A stretch of 64,000 nt of DNA, taken from an uncultured Acidobacteriota bacterium (GTDB taxonomy: Bacteria; Acidobacteriota; Terriglobia; Acidiferrales; UBA7541). Every line of letters begins with the position of its first letter. Position 1 is the first letter of the stretch. The position numbers and the translations under genes are program-made. The notes below the pieces were generated by a model. The model saw nothing but the letters and a program-made list of their open reading frames with translations, was not told the DNA's origin and did not search any database. This document shows, piece by piece, positions 1 to 7,993 of the stretch. Where the stretch lies: contig CAWEYA010000019.1 of the NCBI GenBank assembly GCA_963813185.1, positions 44,561 to 108,560 of the forward strand, given 5' to 3'.

Positions 1-20
1 AAGCTAAAGCGTGCGCCACT
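1..20. repeat. Right arm of a type-A REP-like unit, cut by the window edge
   Basis: aagctaaagcgtgcgccact matches the right arms at 1893-1912, 2581-2600 and 5916-5935. Confidence 0.6.
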
Positions 21-88
21 AAACCCGCCCCAACGCCGCCCGGCTGCAATTGATTTCGCAATTTGAAAGCAGGAATCCTGGAGAATTC

Positions 89-265
89 ATGACCACAACT
101 TCCGCAACAACATCCTGGCAGTCCATCGGCCTTTACGTGCAGATCGCCGGAGCGGGCGCCTTCGTCGCCGGCATCGTCCTCAGCCTGCATCACTACGCGA
201 TCGGGGTCTGCTTCATCGCCGGCGCCGCCGCGTTTTACATCGGGAAAAAATTGAGGGCGTCGTAA
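89..265 (+). CDS. Small two-helix membrane protein (phage, function unknown)
   Basis: ATG at 89 with GGAG 5 nt upstream. Two hydrophobic stretches (IGLYVQIAGAGAFVAGIVLSL, IGVCFIAGAAAFYI). The ORF-track start at 50 is less likely. Confidence 0.5.
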   Translation: MTTTSATTSWQSIGLYVQIAGAGAFVAGIVLSLHHYAIGVCFIAGAAAFYIGKKLRAS

Positions 266-269
266 ATTT

Positions 270-337
270 GCTGTCGCCCGGGGATTTTTGCCGCGCGGGG
301 ACAGAAAACCCCCGCCTCTAAAGAGGCGGGCTGCAGC
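270..337. repeat. Type-C-like double hairpin downstream of the small ORF, possible terminator
   Basis: Perfect 8-bp hairpin cccgcctc-taaa-gaggcggg at 311-330. The outer gctgtc...ctgcagc resembles the elements at 7034-7114 and 51207-51290. No U tract. Confidence 0.4.
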
Positions 338-370
338 AGACTGCGAATCCTGCAATGAATTTGACACCCC

Positions 371-1812
371 ATGCCTTCCAAGGCCGACAAATCGCTGGCG
401 AAGAAATGCATCCGCGACTTCAAGGAATTTTGCAGGAAATTCGGATATACGCCTTTCGACCGCCAGAGTGAATTCCATAAATCCGAGGCCAAATACCGCC
501 TGTTCGGCGGAGCGGCGGGGCCCGGAAAAACGAAGGCCCTGCTGTACGAGGCCATCTACCAGGCGCATCTGCATCCGGGCGTGGACACGCTGCTCTTGCG
601 GCGCACCTTTCCGGAGCTCGAGGCTTCGCTGATCACCTATTTCCGGCGCGATGTGCCGCGCGAGCTGTACGAGAAATACAACGAAGCCAAGCACACCGTC
701 ACGTGGCTGAACGGCTCGACCACGCGCTTCGCCTATTGCGATACCGAAAACAACGTCTACCGCTACCAGGGCGCCGAATATTTATTCATCGGCGTCGATG
801 AGCTCACGCACTTCACCCTGAAGCAGTGGCAATTTCTCACCAGCCGCAATCGCTGCCGCATCAAAGGCGCCAAGCCCTGCATGGCCGGCGCCACCAATCC
901 CGGCAACATTGGCCACGCCTGGGTGAAGGCGCTGTGGGTCGATCGCGTCACGGCTCCGGGGATGGACCGCCCCGACCAGTACGATCCGGACGACTACGAA
1001 TTTATTCACGCAACGATCGCGGACAATCCGTACTTCGCGCACGACGACCAATATAAAAAAACGCTTGGACAACTTCCCGAGGCGCTGCGCCGCGCGTTTC
1101 TCGATGGCGAGTGGGACGTCTACGCCGGGCAGTACTTCGATATTTTTTCGCGGGAGCGGCACACCGTGCGCGCCGAGCAAGTGCAGCTCGAGCCGTGGAC
1201 GCCGCGCTGGATTTCGATTGACTGGGGATTCGAGCATCCCAGCGCGGTCTACTGGCACGCCACGCGCAATGACGGCGTCGTGGTGACTTATCGCGAGTTC
1301 GTGCAGAACCGCCTCTCGCCGCGCATCCGCGCGCACACGCATCCGCGCACATTTATCTTTCGCCGGACGCCTTCGCGCAACGCACCGCCGATGCTTCGAT
1401 CGCTGAGCAGCTCGGCGACGGCCTGGCCGCCGCGGGCCTGCCGCGCCCCACTCCCGCGGACAACGATCGCGTGGGCGGCTGGATGCTGATGTACCAGGCG
1501 CTCGAAGCCGATCACTGGCTGATCGCCGAAAATTGCCCGCGCCTGATCGAAAATTTGCCCACGCTCACGCGCGATCCCGCGAATGTCGAAGACACGCTGA
1601 AGTGCGACGGCGACGATCCCGCCGACTCCGCGCGCTACGGCCTGAAGTCCGCGCTGGAACCAGGCCGCGCCCCCGCGGAAGTCCTCGCCGCCGAGCGCAT
1701 CAGCGCAGTCGACCCCACCTCGCGCGCCATCTGGCTGAAGAAATTTTCCGCCGAAGAGCAGCGCAGAGTAGCCCCGGTAGTGCCAAGACGCTGGCGCCCG
1801 CAAGGGTGGTAG
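371..1812 (+). pseudogene. terL: Phage terminase large subunit with one frame switch around 1322-1350
   Basis: Walker A GGAAGPGKT and Walker B FIGVDELTHF in ORF 371-1489. The C-terminal nuclease-type sequence IYLSPDAFAQR...ADNDRVGGW continues in the frame of ORF 1471-1812. Confidence 0.85.
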
Positions 1813-1824
1813 TGGCGCGCGTTC

Positions 1825-1912
1825 AGTGGCGCATGCTTTAGCTTGCGGGGTTGGGTGGGAGGACAACGCACCTTGCCGCAACCAAACCCCGCAAGCTAAA
1901 GCATGCGCCACT
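1825..1912. repeat. Type-A REPIN-like double hairpin (AGTGGCGCATGCTTTAGCTTGCGGGG arms)
   Basis: The 28-nt left arm and its reverse complement are separated by a 32-nt spacer. Each arm holds a small internal hairpin gcatgc-ttta-gcttgc. Confidence 0.9.
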
Positions 1913-2468
1913 CATGCGCCACCCAATTTGGATTTGACGCGCTGGACCACGGCCAGTCTTCTGGGCTCGCAACAAGCCGCGCGGCGACCGGATTGTTTTC
2001 AATGTACGCACGAATTTTCTGCCCCTCGCCGGGATTCCGTACCCAGTGATCAAACGATTCCTCCTGCCAGAAGGGCTCTCCGGTGCGGCCCAGGATCAGA
2101 TTCGCAGCGCGGGCCGAGGCACCCTTGATTTGCAACGTGATCCGCTCGAGCGGCGAATTTGGAGCGAGCAACACGTGAACATGATTTGCCATCACGGCGT
2201 AGGCGCGCAGCGCGAATAGTTGCCGCCGCTGGGCCTCCCGCAGCGCTGTGAGAAGCGCCTCGGCGACGCGGCCATCTTTCAGCCACATGGGGCCGGTTTG
2301 GGCCTTGTCCAGGGCGCGGTCATAGTTGACGAAGGCCCTGCCGCTGGATTCGGCTTCCCTTGGCAGGCGGAATTGCGCGGGGAGCGAGCCGTGAAGCCGC
2401 CAGGTGATGAAGATGTCTTGCCCGGCGGGGTGCCAGTGCGGCAGACGGCGCTGGTAGAATGTCACCAT
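1896..2468 (-). CDS. REP-associated tyrosine transposase (RAYT; IS200/IS605-like Y1 HUH family)
   Basis: N-terminal RRLPHW, HUH motif NHVHVLL, C-terminal tyrosine motif AYIENNPVAARLV followed by DWPWSS. Start moved to the internal ATG at 2468, because the ORF-track start at 2522 lies inside the repeat. Confidence 0.85.
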   Translation of the reverse strand: MVTFYQRRLPHWHPAGQDIFITWRLHGSLPAQFRLPREAESSGRAFVNYDRALDKAQTGPMWLKDGRVAEALLTALREAQRRQLFALRAYAVMANHVHVLLAPNSPLERITLQIKGASARAANLILGRTGEPFWQEESFDHWVRNPGEGQKIRAYIENNPVAARLVASPEDWPWSSASNPNWVAHEWRML

Positions 2469-2513
2469 TCGTGACACGGTAGCACTGGCAGGCAAGCTGG
2501 ACAAGAGGTTTCC

Positions 2514-2600
2514 GTGGCGCATGCTTTAGCTTGCAGGGGTTGGGCGGGAGGACATCGCGCCTTGCCGCAACCAACCCCCGCAAGCTAAAGCATGCGCCAC
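2514..2600. repeat. Type-A REPIN-like double hairpin
   Basis: gtggcgcatgctttagcttgcagggg ... cccccgcaagctaaagcatgcgccac; near-identical to 1825-1912. Confidence 0.9.
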
Positions 2601-2607
2601 CTGATCT

Positions 2608-2871
2608 ATGCGGCAAACGATCATTACCTGGCTCGGACGGCGGTTGCGCGGGCGTTACGTGCTGCTTCTCGAGGAAGAATTGGCGCGGCTGCGCGCGGAG
2701 AATCGCGCGCTGGTGAATTCGCTGCTCGGGACGGCGGGTTTTCCGCCGATTTCGCTTGAGGACGACGCACGGCGCGGCGTGGTGGGCCTGCCTCCGGTGC
2801 GCCGCCGCACCTGGACGCAGATCGCTCGCGAAAGGGAATTCGCGGCCGGGAAAAACGCATCTGAAAAGTGA
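2608..2871 (+). CDS. Hypothetical coiled-coil protein
   Basis: 87-aa ORF starting 8 nt after the repeat. Helical LLLEEELARLRAENRAL segment. No recognisable family. Confidence 0.4.
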   Translation: MRQTIITWLGRRLRGRYVLLLEEELARLRAENRALVNSLLGTAGFPPISLEDDARRGVVGLPPVRRRTWTQIAREREFAAGKNASEK

Positions 2872-2875
2872 GAAA

Positions 2876-3124
2876 TTACGCCTTCTTAATCAAGCGCACG
2901 ATCCACAGCAGGATGCAGGCGCCGACGAAGGCCACGATGATGGAGCCGATTAGTCCGCCGGCAAAAATTCCGAGCAGGCCGAAGACCCATCCACCAATTA
3001 TGGCGCCGATGATGCCGATGACGATGTCCATGATCACGCCGAACCCGCCGCCCTTCATTACTTTTCCGGCCAGAAAACCGGCGATTAAACCGACGATAGC
3101 CCACCACAGCAATCCACTTAGCAT
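2876..3124 (-). CDS. GlsB/YeaQ/YmgE-family small membrane protein
   Basis: 82 aa, MLSGLLWWAIVGLIAGFLAGKVMKGGGFGVIMDIVIGIIGAIIGGW... The Gly-rich transmembrane pattern is typical of this family. GGAGG lies upstream of the ATG at 3124. Confidence 0.8.
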   Translation of the reverse strand: MLSGLLWWAIVGLIAGFLAGKVMKGGGFGVIMDIVIGIIGAIIGGWVFGLLGIFAGGLIGSIIVAFVGACILLWIVRLIKKA

Positions 3125-3224
3125 GGCGCCTCCTGTTTTGCTTTGAGAATGAGCGGCTGTAATTGCAGCGCGCGGGGTCCGAAGACTGCACCTCTTTCTA
3201 TACCAGCTGTGTCGGAACGTCAAC

Positions 3225-3357
3225 AGTGGTGCATGCTTCAGCTTGTGGGTTTTCGTGTGGCCACGGCTGATGGTGGCAAGCGACGATAGCATCACAGCAA
3301 GCATGATGAGATGGTGCCGCGTGAGACTAACCCCCGCAAGCTGAAGCATGCGCCACT
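3225..3357. repeat. Type-A REPIN-like double hairpin with a long (about 78 nt) spacer
   Basis: agtggtgcatgcttcagcttgtgggtt ... aacccccgcaagctgaagcatgcgccact, between divergent genes. Confidence 0.85.
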
Positions 3358-4406
3358 GCGAAATCTGATGGCCGCAGACTGAATCTGTGCTACGAAAAAT
3401 ATGAATACACAGCTCAATGATGCTACCGACATGGCCATCTTGAACGGCGAGAATGAAGCGCCGAACGACGGCAGCATTGCGCCGCTGGACGGTTCCTCCG
3501 CCGCCAGCGGATTTACCGCAAGCGGCGCGCAGTCCGCGCAGGGCGTAACTGCCGCGCGCGGCTTGCCGCTCGGCATTGACGGCAAGCAGCCGGCGGCGAA
3601 TTTGCAGGAAGCGCTGGCCAAGCAGGCGCTCGGGCCGAACAACGAGCGGCTCGAGGAACTGCGGCCGGATCTAGTGAATGCGCTGCGCGAACTCGTGGTG
3701 CAGTATCGCGAAGAAGGCATCGTCGCGCGGCGGCACGAAATTCGCCGCATCCGCCAAGCGCGCCTGTTCTGGCAGGGCTTGCAATACGCGTGGTGGAATC
3801 CGCAGGACATGACCTGGCACCTGCCCTACGAATCGAAAATTTACGATGACAGCGCCGCGGCGGAAATGCCGCGCTACCAGTTTGTCACCAATCTCTATCA
3901 GGCCTTCGGCCTCTCCTTTATTTCCATACTCAGCCAGGACGTGCCGGCTACGCGCTTCTATCCGCAGTCGGCGCAGTCCATAGGAGACATCACCGCGGCG
4001 CGCGCCGCTTCCGAGGTGTGCGATCTCGTCGAGCAAAACAATCGCGTGCAGCATTTGCTCACCGGCGTGGCGTTTTATTTGTGGACGGACGGAAAAATCG
4101 GCGGCTACGTGCGTTATGTCGCCGACGCACAGCGTTTCGGTTCGCACGATGAGCCGGTGATCGAGGAACATTACGTTCCGCTGGGCGATGACGCCTATGT
4201 GTGCCCCGAGTGCGGCGCGGAGCAGGAAGTAGGCGACGGAAGCAGGAAGCTGCGGAAGCAGGATCGGCAAGGAGGCAGGCGAATTCGAGAGCCCGCGTCT
4301 CAGAGGAGGAGAATTCGCGATGGGCTCGAGAAGCTGCGGGCGATACCGGCGCTGACGGGGAACGTGCGACGCTCTACAGTTTGCACGGCAATCGCTGACT
4401 GGGTCA

Positions 4407-4434
4407 AAATCCGCAAGCTGAAGCGTGCGCCACT
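4407..4434. repeat. Solo right arm of a type-A unit inside the portal reading frame
   Basis: aaaatccgcaagctgaagcgtgcgccact; no matching left arm within 200 nt upstream. Confidence 0.7.
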
Positions 4435-5801
4435 GGTGGCCCCGGCTTGCTTCCACCAGTGATCTGCAAGAACTGCGGGGCCTCGCTCGGGCCGGAACAT
4501 TTCAAACCCGCGCCGCGCGTGGCGGTGCCGCTGATTACCGGAGTGCGGCGCGTCGCCAACGGGCAGGAAGTGATCTCCGTGGTCGGCGGGCTGGAGTTGA
4601 ATACGCCCGTGTGGGCGAACGAGATGCACGAGTATCCGTACCTGCAATGGTCAGATGGAGGTGCATCGCGCGAAACTCAAGGCCAGCTACCCGCACGCGG
4701 CGGATAAAATTCAGATGGGCGGGCCGCAATCGGCGGACGAAGTGTACGCGCGGGCGACGCGCGTGGCCGATTGCGCAGGGATTGCCAACGACGCATCCGG
4801 GCGACGCGCTGTTTAATTTAATTACGTTTTCGCGGACCTGGATACGGCCGTGGTCGTTCTACGCGATCGAGGACAAGAGCGTGCGTGACGCGCTGCTGGC
4901 GCTGTTTCCCGACGGCTGCTATGTGGCGTTACGCGGGCGACACGTACTGCGAATCGCGCAACGAATCCATGGATGATCGCTGGCGCGTGATGCACGCGCT
5001 TCCCGGCGACGGGCAGAACCGGCCGAGCGTCGGCGATTCGCTGGTGCAGATTCAGGAGCGCTATAACACGCTCTCCAATATTCAGGCGGAAACGTACGAG
5101 TACGGCATCCCGCCGATTTACGCCGATCCGCAGGTGCTCGATTTCGACGCGCTCGCGAATCAAACGGCCGAGCCCGCGGCGCATTATCCAGCGCGCGCGC
5201 GGCCCGGTCAGCCTCTGGCGGCGGGATTTTTTCAGCCTGCCCCGGCGCAAGTGCCGCCCGACCTGGTGCGCCATCAGCAGGAATTGATGGGGCCTGTCGC
5301 GCAATTTCTTACCGGACTTTTTCCCGCCGTGTTTGGCGGCGAAATGGAATCGGTGAAAACCGCGTCGGGCTACGCCATGGCGCGCGATCAGGCGCTTGGG
5401 CGCCTGGGACTGGTGTGGCGGCGCCTGAAAACTTTTTATGCGGACGTGATGCTGCTGTCGGTGGACTGCTTCCGCAAAAATCGTCCCGAGGACGCGGAGA
5501 TTCCCATTCTCGGGCCGGGAGGCGAATTCGAGTCGCGCTGGATTCGCCTGGCCGATTTGAAGGGCAACATTCAGGCGCATCCCGAAAGCGACGAAACTTT
5601 TCCGCGGCTGAAATCGCAACAGCGTGCCGTGGTGCAACAACTAATGGCGTCGTCCGACCCGATGATCCAGCAGGCCCTCGCCGATCCGTCCAACATCGGC
5701 TTCGTGAAAGGCGTGCTCGGTTTGTCGGACCTGGTCGTGCCGGGCGAAGATTCGCGCAACAAGCAGCTGCGGGAGATCGATCAGCTGCTGGCCGGCGCGC
5801 C

Positions 5802-5935
5802 AGTGGCGCATGCTTCAGCTTGCGGGGTTTGGTACGAAGGAGACGTATCGACACACACGGCCGAGGACACGTCGAGCCCACCTGTTACAGCCCGGGAGCG
5901 CGAGACAAAAGCCGCAAGCTAAAGCGTGCGCCACT
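5802..5935. repeat. Type-A REPIN-like double hairpin inserted in the portal gene
   Basis: agtggcgcatgcttcagcttgcgggg ... gccgcaagctaaagcgtgcgccact, 134 nt. The portal frame changes from phase 1 to phase 3 across it. Confidence 0.9.
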
Positions 5936-6195
5936 CGAGCCCTCCGTCCCGGTGGATTTACTCTTCGATAATCATGTCGTCGAGCTGGAGGAGTGCAGAC
6001 GCTGGGCGAACTCGGACGCGGGGCAAATCGCGCGCATCGAAAATCCAGCGGGCTTCGCCAACGTGCGCGCGCACGCCGAGGCGCATTTGCGGGCAATCGG
6101 CCTGGCGTATGCCGCGCAGGGTGCGGGGCAGGCCACGAACCGGGGCGGATCCTCGCCAGCCTCTGATACGGTTGACGCTAATTCAAACCGGGACT

Positions 6196-6312
6196 CACCA
6201 CAGAGGACGCAGAGGAGCACAGAGGAAAAGCGGGAGAAACCTGGAGAGCGCGCTCATTCCTTACTCTGCCGATTATCTCTGTGGCCCTCTGTGATTCTCG
6301 GTGCCCTCTGTG
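6196..6312. repeat. Inverted pair of CACAGAG-type short tandem arrays
   Basis: Left array caccacagaggacgcagaggagcacagagga; right array ctctgccgattatctctgtggccctctgtgattctcggtgccctctgtg. Confidence 0.8.
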
Positions 6313-6980
6313 TAGAGCATTTGAATTTCAATAGTCATGCCAAGGTCTCGCCAAGGAGAGAACGATGAGCAGTGGAACGCAAGTGGATCTGGATTGGGCT
6401 GGGACGGATGCGGGGCAAGGCGGGGCGGGCGCTCCTCGGCGAGCGCGCCGAATAGTGGCGCGACGGGCGGGGCGTACCTGACGGACGAGGAAATTTTGGG
6501 GATTGACCCGCCTTCGCCCGACGGCGGCTTCGGCGCTCAGGCATGCCAGCAGAGCAACTCCGCGATGCGGGGCAGCAGAGACGATTCCTCGGCGGCGAAA
6601 GACGGCCCTGCGGATATGAAAGCGCCCACAGGCTGAACCATGTGCAAGCGGCCAGATGCCGGCGTGGATGGCGACGCTGGCGGCGGATCCGAAGCATGGC
6701 GGCGAGGCGCAGCAGCTTTGGCGCGAGCATCAGGAATTTCGCGCGGCGTTTGCTTCTCCGGAGGAGGCGCGGGCGATCAAGGAATTGTTGCCTGGAGGTG
6801 TGCGCGATGTTTTGACGCTGCGCGAGGCGACGCAGTCCGTGGACAGGATCGACGCGGCGATTTTTTCCGGCGATGCGCGGGCGCAGTCGGAAGTGGTGGC
6901 GGAGCTGGCGCGCGCAAATCCGGCGGCGTTTCGGTCGATGTTTGCCGAGGCGGCGAAAGTTCTGGCGGGGATGGGGACAC

Positions 6981-7027
6981 GAGGCAGTGAGGCAGGAGGC
7001 AGGGAAACAGGAGGCAAGGAGTCAGGG
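6981..7027. repeat. GAGGCAG-type 7-8 nt tandem array inside ORF 6656-7795
   Basis: gaggcagtgaggcaggaggcagggaaacaggaggcaaggagtcaggga. Confidence 0.6.
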
Positions 7028-7033
7028 AATCCC

Positions 7034-7114
7034 GCTGTAGCCCGCCTCTTCAGGGGCGGGGAAGTTGGCGCGAACGTTGAAGAAATCCCCGGGTCTAAAG
7101 ACCCGGGCTACAGC
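7034..7114. repeat. Type-C REPIN-like double hairpin inside ORF 6656-7795
   Basis: gctgtagcccgcctcttcaggggcgggg ... ccccgggtctaaagacccgggctacagc. GTAGC/GCTAC clamp, one small hairpin per arm. Confidence 0.8.
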
Positions 7115-7140
7115 AGTTCGCCCCAGCCAGCGTTGGACGA

Positions 7141-7209
7141 ATCACGAATCACAAATCGCCAGTCACTAGCCGCGAATCACGAATCACAAATCACGAATCA
7201 CCAGTCACC
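7141..7209. repeat. nnnTCAC heptamer array (about 10 units) inside ORF 6656-7795
   Basis: atcacga atcacaa atcgcca gtcacta gccgcga atcacga atcacaa atcacga atcacca gtcaccc; strict period of 7. Confidence 0.85.
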
Positions 7210-7278
7210 CTTCGCAGGAGCTCAGGGCGAGCCAGTCACTAGTCACCCTTCGCAGGAGCTCAGGGCGAGCCAGTCACC
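7201..7278. repeat. Tandem 31/38-bp direct repeat
   Basis: ccagtcac(tagtcac)ccttcgcaggagctcagggcgag occurs twice, followed by ccagtcacc. Confidence 0.85.
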
Positions 7279-7784
7279 GCATTTCGATCCTGCGGCCTAC
7301 GCGGCCTTTGAGCGGGCTACCAACGACGCTGTCGCGCGCGACGTGCGCGGGTCGATCGGCGACACTCTGGCGCGCGTGATGCCCGAAGGAGTGGCGGAGG
7401 GCGCCGCGCGGCGCATCGGCGAAGATATTTTCAACGAAGTGCATCGCGCGCTGGCGGCGGACCGCACGCTCTCCGAGCAGGTCGCCGGCGTGCTGCGCGA
7501 CCGGCGATTTGGCGGCGCGGAACAGCAGCGCGTCGCGGCGCTCCTCGCGGGACGCGCCAAGCAGCTGGTGCCCAGCGTGGCACGGCGCGTCATCGGCGAA
7601 TGGACCAGCACGGTGTTGAACACGGCGCGATCCAAAGCCGCGCGGCAAGCGGCCGCGGCGTCGCGCGTCGATATCGCCGCGCCCGGCGGCTCGCTCGACT
7701 CTATGCCCCTGCGTCAAATGTCGCCGCGCGAAGTGAACTACGCGTCGATGAGCGACGAAGAAATTCTTGGGAATGCGATGATGA

Positions 7785-7916
7785 GTGGCCAGTGACGCAG
7801 TGGCTAGTGGCTAGCTAAGAACCAAACTCAATTACGCCGAGGTTTTCCGGGACCGCAGCGGCAGTGATTCACGGTTCGCAAATCGCTAGCCACTCGCCAC
7901 TAGCCACTAGCCACTC
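7785..7916. repeat. Inverted heptamer-array pair (GTGAnnn 7785-7815, nnnTCAC 7868-7916)
   Basis: gtggccagtgacgcagtggctagtggctagc ... ttcacggttcgcaaatcgctagccactcgccactagccactagccactc. The stop codon at 7793-7795 lies in the first block. Confidence 0.85.
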
Positions 7917-7993
7917 TTCCGACCGATTTCAAGCCATCCTGCACTTCATACCTACTACCTGCATTCATACCCATATAACAACAAGGAGCCATC

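Larger units (their letters stand above)
1825..2600 (-). mobile_element. REPtron-like unit: RAYT gene bracketed by two copies of an 87-88 bp palindromic element
   Basis: The flanking elements 1825-1912 and 2514-2600 differ at about five positions and lie in the same orientation. The gene between them encodes a Y1 HUH transposase. Confidence 0.7.
3401..6368 (+). pseudogene. Phage portal protein, fragmented by at least four frame switches and repeat insertions
   Basis: Position after the terminase and a summed length of about 900 aa. Protein-like sequence continues across ORFs 3401-4462, 4447-4707, a frame-2 stretch at about 4650-4810, the tail of 4425-4976, 4885-5922 and the tail of 5415-6368. 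The final TGA overlaps the next ATG (ATGA at 6365-6368). Confidence 0.6.
6365..7795 (+). pseudogene. Putative scaffolding protein, with frame switches near 6450 and 6620 and invaded by repeats
   Basis: Lies between the portal and the capsid. ATG at 6365 with AAGGAG upstream. Charged helical sequence, with a DEEILG motif both near the N-terminus (another frame) and at the C-terminus. The longest intact ORF is 6656-7795. Confidence 0.4.

Noticed and set aside
1322-1350. Programmed ribosomal frameshift in the terminase gene
   Set aside because: No slippery heptamer or downstream structure is evident at the switch. The neighbouring portal and scaffold genes carry multiple unsystematic frame switches, so decay or an indel error is more likely.
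1826-2128. ORFs that start in or run through the double-hairpin units (also 2320-2616, 5815-6096, 47751-47975, 54734-54919 and the N-terminus of 9304-9909), giving peptides such as AHALACGV, KLKHAPL and TEVCAT
   Set aside because: The recurring peptides are translations of the repeat arms in different frames. The ORFs overlap better-supported genes or intergenic space.
7141-7209. The heptamer arrays (here and at the other twelve loci) as CRISPR arrays
   Set aside because: The units are 7 nt and directly tandem, with no unique spacers. No 25-40 nt repeat/spacer periodicity and no cas genes are present.
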